Assembly (NCBI GenBank): GCA_963724295.1
Contig: CAVRUC010000009.1
Coordinates: 1 to 64,000 of the forward strand
DNA from: an uncultured Chloroflexia bacterium
Lineage (GTDB): Bacteria > Chloroflexota > Chloroflexia > Thermomicrobiales > UBA6265
DNA: 64,000 bases
Direction: 5' to 3'
Shown here: positions 40,825 to 54,511 of the stretch, piece by piece
How the letters are laid out: every line of letters begins with the position of its first letter
How positions within the stretch are numbered: the first letter of the stretch is position 1
Position numbers and translations under genes: made by a program
Notes under the pieces: generated by a model
Database searches by the model: none
Told to the model about the DNA's origin: nothing
The model's input: only the letters and a program-made list of their open reading frames with translations

Positions 40825-41351
40825 GACGTGACCCTCCGGAGTTACCTGAGAGCGGCGGTGGAGACTAGATGCCAGGACGGCGCAGAGTCGCCATCGTCGA
40901 GTTGTATCGGAACCGCTACCAGTATACAGGAAATTCGACTGAACATAAACAGCGTGGTGCGGCGCTACAATGAGCGCTTGTCCGACTAGTCGTGATTGAT
41001 GTGGGTGATCTGCGCTTCGAGCCAGAGTTTACAAACGCGCCAGGTAATGCGCTCGGCGTCGACCAGTGAGCGGGCAGCACCACGGGTTCAGCGCCGAGTT
41101 AAAGGCGCTTCCGGACCAAGTCGGAGCGCGTCGGCCCCTTGGCGGCGAGCAGCGCTAGCACGGCCAACACAACCAACCGGCTCCACGCCAGGGGGTTCGC
41201 TGGGAGCAACCGGGAAAGCCCGCCGCAGAGGGCCAATCGGAGCGGGGCGCGTGACACATTACAGCGCTTGAATACGGCACCCTCTGAATTCGCCGACATC
41301 AGTCCTTCTGCGTCGACCTCGATCAAGGTGGCGATCCTGAGCGAGCGTCGT

Positions 41352-41807
41352 TCAGCCGCGCTCGCGGAGAGTTTGCTCCAACTCGTCGAGGTGCTCACCG
41401 CGGTGCTCGCCGCGGGCGGGATATATTGGACTCTCCGGGTCGAGCGGAGCCATCCGGTCCAGGGACAGCTCGGCGACGCGTGCGTCGGTTTCCTCCGCGA
41501 TCCGCAGGGCGAGTTCGGCTGCCGCCCTCGGTGCGATGGCATGGATGATCGGGCGGGTCGAGTCGTTGAGCCAATCACCCTCCGGTTCGGCGTCCGATGG
41601 GGCCCACGGTTCGCCACGATCGATCTTGTCGGCCATGACGAGCACCCGGTTGTCCCAGTAAGCCAGGTGCCCCAGCACGCCCGCGACCGTCCAGTACTCG
41701 TTGGCCGGCGCGGCGAGGGCCTCGTCGTCCAGCCGGTCGATGAACCCCCGGAGACGCTCGCGCGCCGGGTCGTTGACCTGGATGTACCAGCGATCGTCCG
41801 TCATCAC
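41352..41807 (-). CDS. DinB/MDMPI-N family protein
   Basis: WTVAGVLGHLAYWD and HRGEHLDE. Confidence 0.8.
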   Translation of the reverse strand: MMTDDRWYIQVNDPARERLRGFIDRLDDEALAAPANEYWTVAGVLGHLAYWDNRVLVMADKIDRGEPWAPSDAEPEGDWLNDSTRPIIHAIAPRAAAELALRIAEETDARVAELSLDRMAPLDPESPIYPARGEHRGEHLDELEQTLRERG

Positions 41808-42076
41808 GGCCTCCTACCCTCGGTCGAACCGCTCCCCTCGAGGCATCCTCAGTAGCGACGCCGTGGACGCCGGAGCATGCTCGGAGAATACCAATTATTC
41901 GCCTTGGTCCGAGCTGGGTGCGGTGAAGGTCAATCGGAACGGGAAGTTGGTGGAACCGCCCGTCGTGCCGGATTAGGGCGAGTTGTCAGATGGAAGCATT
42001 TTCTTAACCGATGGATGCAAAGAGCATATGATCTGATCCGGCCCGGAGCGCAGCAGCATCACCGTCCGGATCCGCG

Positions 42077-42355
42077 GTGGTCGGGACCGCCGCCCGGCAC
42101 GTAGAGGAGCCGCTCCTCGTGGCCATTCAGCCTCTTCCCGGCGTGCACGTTCCGCCGCTGAACGCCTCGCAAGCGGCGGCACTCCAGACCGTCAGCGAGT
42201 ACCTGAACCTCGCCGGCGCCCATATCGCCAGCGTCCTCCTTGGGTGTCCTCCGCTCGACCGCAACGCGGCGACGTTGGCGGAGCTCAGCAATCAAATGTT
42301 GCAGGGCGCGGCACTCTGCCAGGGGTTCCTTGAACTGACAGACTGGCAGCAGTAG
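42077..42355 (+). CDS. Hypothetical protein
   Basis: Helical, protein-like composition; start uncertain. Confidence 0.3.
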   Translation: MVGTAARHVEEPLLVAIQPLPGVHVPPLNASQAAALQTVSEYLNLAGAHIASVLLGCPPLDRNAATLAELSNQMLQGAALCQGFLELTDWQQ

Positions 42356-42364
42356 GGGTTGGCG

Positions 42365-42842
42365 ATGAACCTCTTGGAGCCGACAACGCTTCAGATTGTC
42401 GGCGGCGTCCTGATGCTTGCTGGGCTCTTCGTGCTGCGGGAGTTCGCCTCGGGCGCGTTGAAGAAGGCCGGCGAGGAGTTCTGGATCTGGGGAAGACACC
42501 GGCGCGGGGGTGGCCAAACAGTCAGGAGTGAGCTGGATGACGGCACAGCAACTGGCAGTCACGCAGAAGTTGGCCGAAGCAGCAGCGAACACATCGAAAA
42601 CGGCGTGGATGATGACCGGCCGCTTTGCCTGTTACCTCCTGGCCAAAGCACCACCGACACCGCAGCAGTTAGGCGCTGTCCGGTTCGAGTCGAGTCTGCT
42701 CCGGGATCGGGCCACAAGAGCGCGTGAGCTGGCGACGGCGTGGAGGGCGGTGGCCGAGGCATGGGATGCGGCAGAGCGATCCGTGAGTGGCGATCCGACG
42801 CGCGACGTCGACGGAGGGGGTTGCGTCCGGGAAGTTCTGTAG
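42365..42842 (+). CDS. One or two small hypothetical proteins (N-terminal TM segment; second ORF from ATG 42537)
   Basis: MNLLEPTTLQIVGGVLMLAGLFVL TM helix; overlapping helical ORF with SD aggag. Confidence 0.3.
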
Positions 42843-42915
42843 ATTCCTCCACATCGTTCGCCGTACCTCCTCTCCTCACATCGTGAGCAGAGATACCGCT
42901 CGCACGCGGCCGTCC

Positions 42916-43773
42916 TCAGCTCGCGGCGGGCACGCGGCCGACCGCGAGGACGTAGCCGCTGCGGCGGTAGAACTCGGGGTGATTGACGAGGGCGTCGGGA
43001 TGCGTTGGGTCCACCTGCGCCCGCCAGAAGGCGCGGTCACCTTCCGGGATGTCGGCGGCCTCGGAGCCCACCGCCAGGTAGCGCAGGCTGCCCCCGGCCC
43101 CTGCCCGCTCGGCGGGGGAGAGCGGGGCCCAGCACTCCTCCGGGAAGAGCCGCTGCCGCACGTCCGCCAGGCCCGCGCGCTCCAGCCAGCGGCGCAGCGC
43201 GGCGGCCCGGACCACGCCGGGTCCTTCAATGAGGTTCCCGCGCACGCAGGCGTCGTATAGGCGATGGTGCACCGCCGGGTCCATCGGCCAAAAGGTGTCG
43301 GACAGCCCATCCGACTCCTTGAACGCCACCAGCCCGCCGGGGCGCACCACGCGGCGGCACTCCGCCAGCGCCGCTATGAGCTCCGCGTCGGTGAGGTACT
43401 GCGAGACGTTGGCGCACCACACGGCGTCGAAGGAGCCATCCGGGACGGGGAGCGCGGTGACCGACCCCTGCCGGAAGGCGACCGGGCAGGCGAGCGGCGC
43501 GGCCGCGACCCGGCGTTCGGCGGTGGCCACGTTCTCGGCGTCGTAGTCGAGCGCGGTCAGCGCGCCGGTGGGGCCGACGAGCGCGGCGAGCATCGGCAGG
43601 AAGCTGCCGGACCCGCAGCCCGCGTCAAGCACCTCCCAGCCCGGCTGCAGCCCGACCGCGTGGGCTATCGCCTCATAGATCGCCCGGCTGCGCTCGAAAT
43701 GGACGTCCAGCCACGCCGCATCGGAGAGCGCGTGCCCCGTCGCCGTGGCGTGCATCGCCGCCTCGTCTGCCAT
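42916..43773 (-). CDS. Class I SAM-dependent methyltransferase
   Basis: VLDAGCGSG, GSVTALP..SFDAVW, RVVRPGG. Confidence 0.9.
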   Translation of the reverse strand: MADEAAMHATATGHALSDAAWLDVHFERSRAIYEAIAHAVGLQPGWEVLDAGCGSGSFLPMLAALVGPTGALTALDYDAENVATAERRVAAAPLACPVAFRQGSVTALPVPDGSFDAVWCANVSQYLTDAELIAALAECRRVVRPGGLVAFKESDGLSDTFWPMDPAVHHRLYDACVRGNLIEGPGVVRAAALRRWLERAGLADVRQRLFPEECWAPLSPAERAGAGGSLRYLAVGSEAADIPEGDRAFWRAQVDPTHPDALVNHPEFYRRSGYVLAVGRVPAAS

Positions 43774-44437
43774 CGCCCTACTCCTCTCGGTTGTTCATCT
43801 GGCGTCGCTGGGACATCATACACAGTTGAGCGTCCGCCGCCGTCGGCTCGTGCACTGGATCGACGGCGCGGTCCGCACCGAGAGCCGCACGCTTCTGCGC
43901 GACGCCCCGTTGAACCGCGACGGCCGGCTTATGAAGCCGCGCTCGCCTCCTGGGGAATCAGGCCCGAGCCCCAGGCAGGGCAGCCAACTCCCGTCGCGTG
44001 AACGGGACAGTAGCCATTCGGCACCTTGTGCAGGACGGCCCAGACGATGGCGGTTGCGCTGGACGAGCGACGAGGAGGCCGGTTAGGAGGGCGACCCTTG
44101 GCAATCATGCGTCTCTACATCCCGGTAAGGATCGCTGGACGATGACGCGTGCCCGACATGCACTTAGCATATTGCTGACGGCAGTGAGTACCCGAGTTTG
44201 GAGGGGACGCTCAAGAAGCCCATTGTCGTGGCGGCGTTAGCCGCCGGTGTCACGCAACGGGGCATTCTTGTCAAGAGTGGGCGCGAGCGCAGGGACCTCC
44301 GGCTCTAGTCGGGCCAGGGGGATTGCGGTGGCAGCGGGAGGGACGCCGCCCCTGCCCCGCTGCACCGCCCCGGCCGCGCCTCGCTGCCGCGCCGGAGGAG
44401 ACGCCTCCCCGCGCCTGGACTCCGGGTCCGCCCCGCC

Positions 44438-45313
44438 TCAGCCAGGGCAGCAGTCATCGGGGTAAGTGGTGCCCGAGGGGTCGCCGGCGCAGTTGTTGTC
44501 CAGGGTGTTGTTGCAGACGAGATTCTTCGCCTGCAAATCCACCGTGCCGCCGTTGTCGTTGTAGATCCCCCCGCCGTCTCCGTCTGCCGTGTTCTTGGTG
44601 ACGCTGCTGCCGGCCTCCAGCGTCAGCGTGCCGACGTTGGAGATCCCCCCGCCGAAGTCCGCCGTGTTCTTGGTGACGCTGACCCCGACCAGCGTGAGGG
44701 TGCCGATGTTTTTGATGCCACCGCCGGCATCGTCTAGGACGGAGCTACCGGTGACCTTGCCCCTGGTGATGGTCAGGTCCTGCAGCGTCACGGTCGTTTC
44801 GAACGCGATCTGGAGCACGCGGACGGTGTTGCGCCCATCGAGGATGGTCTTGCCGGCTCCGGCTCCGATCAGGGTCAGGTTCTTGTCAATTGTGACGGTC
44901 TTTTTCAGGTGCCAGGTGCCGGCACAGAGGGTGAGGGTGTCCCCGGCCTTGTTGATGGCCTCCTGCAGACCCTGGGTGGCACCGGGAGCTCTCGGTTTTG
45001 GCGCGATGCAGGTCGGGCCGGGTCCTGGCCCAGGGCTCGGCTTGTGCTTGCCCTTGCCCTTGTGGTTGCCGCCCTTGCCACCGCGGTTGCCCTTGCCGCC
45101 GTTGTTGTTGCTGCGGTTGCGGCGTTTCTCCTGATTGCGCTCGCCGCGGTCGAGGACCCGGTCCACCGGACGCCTCGCCGCCGTCTCCCCGACATCGAGC
45201 AACCCGGTGAGGCTGCCGACCAGGGGCACGCCGAGGAGCAGCCGCACCAGGGCACGCCGGGTGCCAGCGGTCGCGAGCGTCTTGCTGAGCCGATCAAACC
45301 GTCGAGGATCCAT
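44438..45313 (-). CDS. Secreted beta-helix repeat protein with FDxL...RR leader
   Basis: MDPRRFDRLSKTLATAGTRRALV; K/G/N-rich and PG linker; three GGGIxN...GT repeats, two followed by SVTKNTAD. Confidence 0.8.
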   Translation of the reverse strand: MDPRRFDRLSKTLATAGTRRALVRLLLGVPLVGSLTGLLDVGETAARRPVDRVLDRGERNQEKRRNRSNNNGGKGNRGGKGGNHKGKGKHKPSPGPGPGPTCIAPKPRAPGATQGLQEAINKAGDTLTLCAGTWHLKKTVTIDKNLTLIGAGAGKTILDGRNTVRVLQIAFETTVTLQDLTITRGKVTGSSVLDDAGGGIKNIGTLTLVGVSVTKNTADFGGGISNVGTLTLEAGSSVTKNTADGDGGGIYNDNGGTVDLQAKNLVCNNTLDNNCAGDPSGTTYPDDCCPG

Positions 45314-45467
45314 GGCGAGATAGCCTCCTATGAGCCACGCGAAGAGCGGTGATGGAGGCTGGCTGCCAGTCAGGCGGTCGCCATCGTCAGGTTGTCGAGA
45401 GCGGGTTTCTGTCGCTCCACTCTAGCACACTGGAGCGGCAGGCGGTTGTGGGTCGACGGTGAGGCGC

Positions 45468-45899
45468 TCAATCGGGTCTCGGCCGCTGCATCACCGTCGA
45501 GTCCTCCGTCTCGCCCACCGTCTCAAACCCGAACTCCTGGTACAAGCGGGCTGTTGTACCACGCGTATGAAGCACCCAACGCACCCGCGGAACATCGGGG
45601 TGGTCGAGCATGGCCTGCACCAGCCAGCGGCCCAGCCCGTGCCCGCGATGCTCCGGTTCAACGTAGACGTCGGACAGATAGGCGAAGCGGGTGAAGTCGG
45701 TAATGGCGCGGGCGCAGCCGATCATCTTGCCGCCGTGATAGAGCCCGAGGGTCATACCCGCCGCGTCCCAGGAGCGACGGACCGCTGCCTCCGGCTGGGT
45801 GCCCGCCCAATAGGATTCGGCCAGCCAGGCAACGATCCGGTTCATATCGAGCCGCGCCCGATCGTCGTCGATCTCAAACGAGCCGTTCGTCCAGCGCAC
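45468..45899 (-). CDS. GNAT N-acetyltransferase
   Basis: SYWA, ARAITD..FAYLSDVYV..HRGHGLG, LYQEFGF. Confidence 0.9.
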   Translation of the reverse strand: MRWTNGSFEIDDDRARLDMNRIVAWLAESYWAGTQPEAAVRRSWDAAGMTLGLYHGGKMIGCARAITDFTRFAYLSDVYVEPEHRGHGLGRWLVQAMLDHPDVPRVRWVLHTRGTTARLYQEFGFETVGETEDSTVMQRPRPD

Positions 45900-45907
45900 G
45901 ACGAGAT

Positions 45908-47179
45908 CTAGACCTCCGGACGCGACAGCGCGTCGGCCAGCATCGGTCCAAACGGCTCCGGGTCAGCCGCGAGCACCAGCACCTCCTCGGCGTTGAGGAA
46001 TGACGCGAAATTCCAGAGCGCCCCGGCGATAGCGGCCGCCAGCGGCTCCGTCGCCCGCTCTCCTGGTTCGAGGAAGACCTTGCGCACGGTGAGGAGCCGG
46101 TTCTTACGGTCGAGCGAGGGGTCCAGCCGGCCGACGAGCTTGCCGCGATGCAGGATCGGCATCGTGTAGTAGCCGTACACCCGCTTCGGCGCCGGTGTGT
46201 AGACCTCGATGCGATAGTGAAAACCCCACAGGTCCGCCATCCGCCCGCGATGCCAGATGAGGTTATCGAACGGCGAGAGGAGCGTCGTCAGCGTCGGCCA
46301 CCTGCGCCCGGCGCGAAGCTCTGTCAGCCGAGGCAGCAGTGCGGTGTCGAGCCAGACCGGCTCGCTCAAACCATCGACCGTGACGGGGATGGCCAGCCCT
46401 TCGTCCTGCAGATCCTTCAATCCGGCGGCGCTCGCCTTGGCGGTGCTGTAGGGACGAGCCCAGTCCCGGAAGTAGTCGGCCACCCAGCGCGCCGTCGTCA
46501 CCCCGAGGGCCCGCAAGGCGTTGCTGGAGAAAAAGCGCTGCCGCTCCTCGGCGGAGGGCCGGATCGACAGCAGATCGCAGGGGATGATTCGCTCGGTCAC
46601 GTCATAGACGCGCTGAAAGCCGCTCTCTCGGCGTGCGACCATGAGGTCGCCACAGGACCAGAGATGATCGAGTGCCTGCCGCGCCGGTTTGCCGCCATAC
46701 CACGTCCATGCCTCAGGGCGTGGTCCCTCTGGCCGCTCGAAGTGCCGCGAGGCTGTCGCACCGTTCGCACGGATTCGCTCGAGCACACCCGAGATGACCT
46801 CTCGGTTGCCTTCGACCCAGGCATGGCGCTCGTACTTTTCGCGGTAAGCGTCCATCGCGTCCCGAAAGTAGGGGAACGTTTCCACCGGGATGATGGCCGC
46901 CGCGTGCGCCCAGTACTCGGTGAGCAGCCCGTCCGGATAATGCAGCGACCCCAGCAGCGCTGGGTCGTAGGGACCCAACCGGCTCCAGAGCACCGTCTCA
47001 TGTGAGCGCGAGACGACGCTGATCGTGTCGAGTTGAACGCAGCCGAGAGCGCGGATCGTCTCCAGCAGACGCGCCTTTTGCACCGCCGGATCGCGGGTCG
47101 GACGCGGTCTGCGCTCCAGCCGCGAGGCGATCGCGGCCAGCGCTCTCGCTTCCTGGACGGACAGGTGCTCACCCGTCAC
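45908..47179 (-). CDS. ycaQ: YcaQ/AlkZ-family interstrand crosslink DNA glycosylase
   Basis: VQLDTISVVSRSH (QxD), EYWAH, LLSPFDNL, YRIEVYTP..KR.YGYY. Confidence 0.9.
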   Translation of the reverse strand: MTGEHLSVQEARALAAIASRLERRPRPTRDPAVQKARLLETIRALGCVQLDTISVVSRSHETVLWSRLGPYDPALLGSLHYPDGLLTEYWAHAAAIIPVETFPYFRDAMDAYREKYERHAWVEGNREVISGVLERIRANGATASRHFERPEGPRPEAWTWYGGKPARQALDHLWSCGDLMVARRESGFQRVYDVTERIIPCDLLSIRPSAEERQRFFSSNALRALGVTTARWVADYFRDWARPYSTAKASAAGLKDLQDEGLAIPVTVDGLSEPVWLDTALLPRLTELRAGRRWPTLTTLLSPFDNLIWHRGRMADLWGFHYRIEVYTPAPKRVYGYYTMPILHRGKLVGRLDPSLDRKNRLLTVRKVFLEPGERATEPLAAAIAGALWNFASFLNAEEVLVLAADPEPFGPMLADALSRPEV

Positions 47180-47205
47180 CGCACCATGCCTATTGACAAC
47201 GGAAA

Positions 47206-47272
47206 GCCCCTCGCCCAGTGCGCTGGGCGAGGGGTTGGGGTGAGGGTTTTAGAGGGGGTAGGGGGTGAGGGC
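47206..47272. repeat. CCCTCTCCC-GGGAGAGGG REP-like element
   Basis: cccctcgcccagtgcgctgggcgaggggttggggtgaggg. Confidence 0.85.
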
Positions 47273-47278
47273 GCGTAC

Positions 47279-48682
47279 TCATGCCGTGGCGAGCGTCTCC
47301 GCAGGCGCGGCCAAGGTCACCTCGACATCGGCTCCAAGACTCTTCAGCTTGTCCACGAACCCCTCATACCCGCGGTCGAGGTGATGCAACGCGGACACCT
47401 CGGTCTCGCCGGAGGCGATCAGCCCGGCCAGGACCACACCAGCCCCGGCCCGGATATCAAGACAACGCACGGGACCCCCGGTGAGTGAGGTCGGACCGAA
47501 GATCTCCGCTCTGGTGCCGTAACGGATCGGCCCCGGAGAAGGGTTTCCGGTCTCGTCGATGGGTTGCAGGCGCTCGACCCGGATACTCGCGCCCATTGCG
47601 CGCAGCTGGTCGGTGTAGCGCAGCCGGTCGTCGAATACCCGCTCGTAAATGCGCGAGCGCCCCTGCGCCTGAGTCATCAGCACCGCGAACGCCGCCTGCA
47701 GATCCGTGGGGAACCCCGGAAAAGGAAGGGTCTGGATCTCGACGGCTCGCAACCCCGCGCTGGGGCGGACCAGCATGCGATCGTGGTCGATCCAGATGTC
47801 GGCGCCCGCCTCTCGCAGCTTGGCCGTGAGTGGCAACATGTCTGGCTCGCGCACGTCGTTCAACGTCACCTCGCCGCCGGTGATCACCGCGCCGATGGCG
47901 AAGGTGCCCGCCTCCAGCCGGTCGGGCAGCACCGCCTCGGAGACGCCGTGCAGCCGATCGACGCCGTCGACGGTGATCGTCGGCGAGCCGAGACCGGTGA
48001 TGCGCGCTCCCATCCGGTTGAGCATGTTCCCCAGAAAGACGATCTCCGGTTCGCAGGCGGCATTGACGATCGTCGTGCGCCCGCTGGCCAGGGTAGCGGC
48101 CATGAGGAGGTTCTCTGTGCCGGTGTGGCTCGGGTAGTCCATGTAAATGGAGGCGCCGCGCAGCCCTGTGGCGCGTCCGGCGATCTGCTGACCACCGTCG
48201 TCGAAGTCGATCGCGGCGCCCATCTGGCGGAAGCCGCGGACGTCGACGTCGACCGGGCGCGCGCCGAGCTGGCAGCCACCCGGAGCCGAGGCTGACATCT
48301 CACCGCATCGCGCCAGCAGGGGACCGGCGACGAGAAACGAGGCCCGCATGGCCGCGACGAGCTCGGCCGGGGCGTTGGTATCGACGATGTCGGCGGCACG
48401 GACGCGGACGCGCTTTCGCGCGCGGTCGACCTCGGCCTCGGCGCCGAGACTTCGCAGCAGCGCCAGCATTGTGCCGATATCCGCGAGATCGGGCACATTA
48501 CTGAGGACGCACTCCTCAGCCGTCAGCAGTGTCGCCGCCAGCGCGGGCAGAGCGGCGTTCTTGGCGCCACTGATCGTGACGGCGCCGCGCAGCGGGACAC
48601 CCCCGCGAACGCGCAGCACCCGTTCAGCCGGAGCGGGATCGCTCCCAATCCCGCCCCGTGGTGCATGGATCGAAGTCGCCAA
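47279..48682 (-). CDS. murA: UDP-N-acetylglucosamine 1-carboxyvinyltransferase
   Basis: SGAKNAALP, MRASF, PGGCQLGARP (catalytic Cys), PDRLEAGT, PGFPTDLQ, DIRAG, HLDRGYE. Confidence 0.95.
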   Translation of the reverse strand: MATSIHAPRGGIGSDPAPAERVLRVRGGVPLRGAVTISGAKNAALPALAATLLTAEECVLSNVPDLADIGTMLALLRSLGAEAEVDRARKRVRVRAADIVDTNAPAELVAAMRASFLVAGPLLARCGEMSASAPGGCQLGARPVDVDVRGFRQMGAAIDFDDGGQQIAGRATGLRGASIYMDYPSHTGTENLLMAATLASGRTTIVNAACEPEIVFLGNMLNRMGARITGLGSPTITVDGVDRLHGVSEAVLPDRLEAGTFAIGAVITGGEVTLNDVREPDMLPLTAKLREAGADIWIDHDRMLVRPSAGLRAVEIQTLPFPGFPTDLQAAFAVLMTQAQGRSRIYERVFDDRLRYTDQLRAMGASIRVERLQPIDETGNPSPGPIRYGTRAEIFGPTSLTGGPVRCLDIRAGAGVVLAGLIASGETEVSALHHLDRGYEGFVDKLKSLGADVEVTLAAPAETLATA

Positions 48683-48795
48683 TGAATCCTCCCCAGCGCG
48701 GGGTTGAATCAGCCGTCAAGGCGACCGCCCGCCATGAAGAGGATACCCCGAATTGGCGGAAGGCTCTCAAAGTGGGCACCCAGGCCCGTGCACTG

Positions 48796-48956
48796 GCCCT
48801 CACCCCAACCCCTCTCGAGAGTCCCTCACCCCAACCCCTCTCCCAGTGCGCTGGGCGAGGGGCTCGCTGCTCGGCAGAGCGTGCTCCCTTCTCCCCGCGC
48901 ATGGGGAGAAGGGTCGGGGATGAGGGGTTTCTGGAGAAGGGCCGGGGATGAGGGGC
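48796..48956. repeat. CCCTCACCCC REP-like element, inverted copy of 13417-13520
   Basis: ccctcaccccaacccctctcccagtgcgctgggcgaggggctcgctgctcggcag...cccttctccccgc. Confidence 0.88.
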
Positions 48957-48959
48957 GAT

Positions 48960-49421
48960 CTAGCTCCCAGAACCAGGAAATCCATCGCCGCCGGGAACCG
49001 GCGACCGGCGCGAGCCGCGCCGCTGCCCAATCCGCAGACGGAGATTGGCGCGACGCAGCGTCGCCTGCGCCTCCTCGAGGTCCATCGTGCCCTGGCGACC
49101 GGCGATCGACTCCTCGGCACTGCGGCGGGCGGCCTCGGCCCGTTCGACGTCGACCTCCTCGGCACGCTCGGCGCTGTCGGCGAGAATGAGGACCTTGTTG
49201 TCGCCGACCTCCATGAACCCGCCGTAGACCAGGATCGACTGCTCGTCGTTTCCCTTCTTGATCCGCAGCTCCCCCAGGGAGAGGGTCGTGATCAAGGGGG
49301 CGTGCTCGGGGAGGATGCCGAGTACGCCGGCGCCCCCCGGCGCGACGACCATGTCGACGTCCTGCTCCTGGAAGACGACGCGCTCCCCGGTCACGATCTC
49401 CACGTTCAGCTTGCCGGCCAT
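48960..49421 (-). CDS. atpC: ATP synthase F1 epsilon subunit
   Basis: EIVTGER, LGILPEHAPL, GGFMEV, ILADSAE. Confidence 0.95.
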   Translation of the reverse strand: MAGKLNVEIVTGERVVFQEQDVDMVVAPGGAGVLGILPEHAPLITTLSLGELRIKKGNDEQSILVYGGFMEVGDNKVLILADSAERAEEVDVERAEAARRSAEESIAGRQGTMDLEEAQATLRRANLRLRIGQRRGSRRSPVPGGDGFPGSGS

Positions 49422-49435
49422 GATGCACTCCTTAT

Positions 49436-49630
49436 GGGGGTGTCGCTTCGCTCAGGGGGTGGCAGCCGCTGTCGCGGCTTCAGGGGGTGCCGGTCGCTGC
49501 GCTCCCTCAGGGGGTGAAGGAGACCGAGCGAAGACCGCCGTCGTGTCTCCTTTCCCCCTGAGCCGAAGGCGACACCCCCTGAGGCGGTGAAACCGCCGCC
49601 ACCCCCTGAGGCGAAGCCGGCTCCCCCTCG
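49436..49630. repeat. Composite CAGGGGGTG/CACCCCCTG palindromic (BIME-like) element
   Basis: Three cagggggtg units followed by three ccccctgag units; related to 52061-52252. Confidence 0.8.
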
Positions 49631-52042
<2,412 letters not shown>

Positions 52043-52060
52043 GGTCGCTCCTTCGTCGCG

Positions 52061-52252
52061 AGGGGGTGCAAGCGGGGGTAGGGGGTGTCGCTTCGCTCAA
52101 GGGGTGGGTCCGCTGCACGGACTGAGGAGATGAAGGAGACGAGGGAGATGCTCGCTCGTCGCTCCTTCCTCCCTGCGCCGCCCTCTGAGGCCGCGAAACG
52201 GCCGCCCCCCTGAGCGAAGTGGCACCCCCTGAGCCGCAGGCGACTCCCCCTT
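52061..52252. repeat. Composite palindromic (BIME-like) element
   Basis: gggggtgtcgcttcgctca ... ccccctgagcgaag...caccccctgag, shared with 49436-49630. Confidence 0.78.
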
Positions 52253-52254
52253 CA

Positions 52255-53793
<1,539 letters not shown>

Positions 53794-53869
53794 GGTGTCT
53801 GCTCCTCTAGTCGCCTGCTTGCAGCCGATTCATCTTCTTGCCGTCTGGCCGTCTGGCCGTCTCAACAGA

Positions 53870-54409
53870 CTAGCGCCGTCCAGCCACGAGCCGGGAGCGC
53901 ATCTTTTCCAGCTTGTTGCGTACGCTACCGTCAATAACCTGATCCCCAATACGGATGATGATGCCGCCGATGATGTCCGGATCGATCTTGAGCGCCAGCT
54001 CGACCTTCTTGCCAGTCATCGTTTCCAGCTTCTCGCGAATGTGATCCAGCTCGGCGTCGCTAAGCCGTTCCGCCGTGGTCACTTCAGCGACCGCGATGCC
54101 CCGCTCCGCGCGCAGCCGATCGTCGAACATCTCCCGGATTTGAGGGATGAGCATCGTTCGGTTGCGCTCGATGAGCATCCGGGCGAGATTCCGCGCTTCG
54201 GTCTGCACATTGAGGTTGAGCGACGTTTCCAGCGCTTCGATCCTGCGCTCCGCGGCGACACTTGGATTGGTCAGGTAGGTGGCAATTCGCTCATCGGCGA
54301 CGACGCGGGAGAGCATGGCCAGATCCTGACCCCAGGTGTCCAGGGTCCCCTGTTCCTGGCCGAGACTGAAGATCGCCTGTGCGTATCGCTTTGCCGCGCT
54401 GCTGGCCAC
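53870..54409 (-). CDS. atpH: ATP synthase F1 delta subunit
   Basis: AKRYAQA, DPDIIGG..IGDQVIDGS. Confidence 0.95.
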   Translation of the reverse strand: MASSAAKRYAQAIFSLGQEQGTLDTWGQDLAMLSRVVADERIATYLTNPSVAAERRIEALETSLNLNVQTEARNLARMLIERNRTMLIPQIREMFDDRLRAERGIAVAEVTTAERLSDAELDHIREKLETMTGKKVELALKIDPDIIGGIIIRIGDQVIDGSVRNKLEKMRSRLVAGRR

Positions 54410-54427
54410 GGGTGTCCTTTCTGCCTG

Positions 54428-54511
54428 AGTCGGTCAGTCGGTTAGTCGGGAGTCGGGATCCGTTCTTCCGACCTCCGACCTCCGACCCACTACCTACCGA
54501 CTGACCGACTT
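54428..54511. repeat. CCGACT/CCGACCT short tandem and inverted repeat overlapping the atpF 3' end
   Basis: agtcggtc agtcggtt agtcggg agtcggg ... ccgacct ccgacct ccgacc ... ccgactga ccgact. Confidence 0.8.

Noticed and set aside
47279..49421. murA directly after atpC as a novelty
   Set aside because: atp-murA adjacency is known in other bacteria, for example Firmicutes
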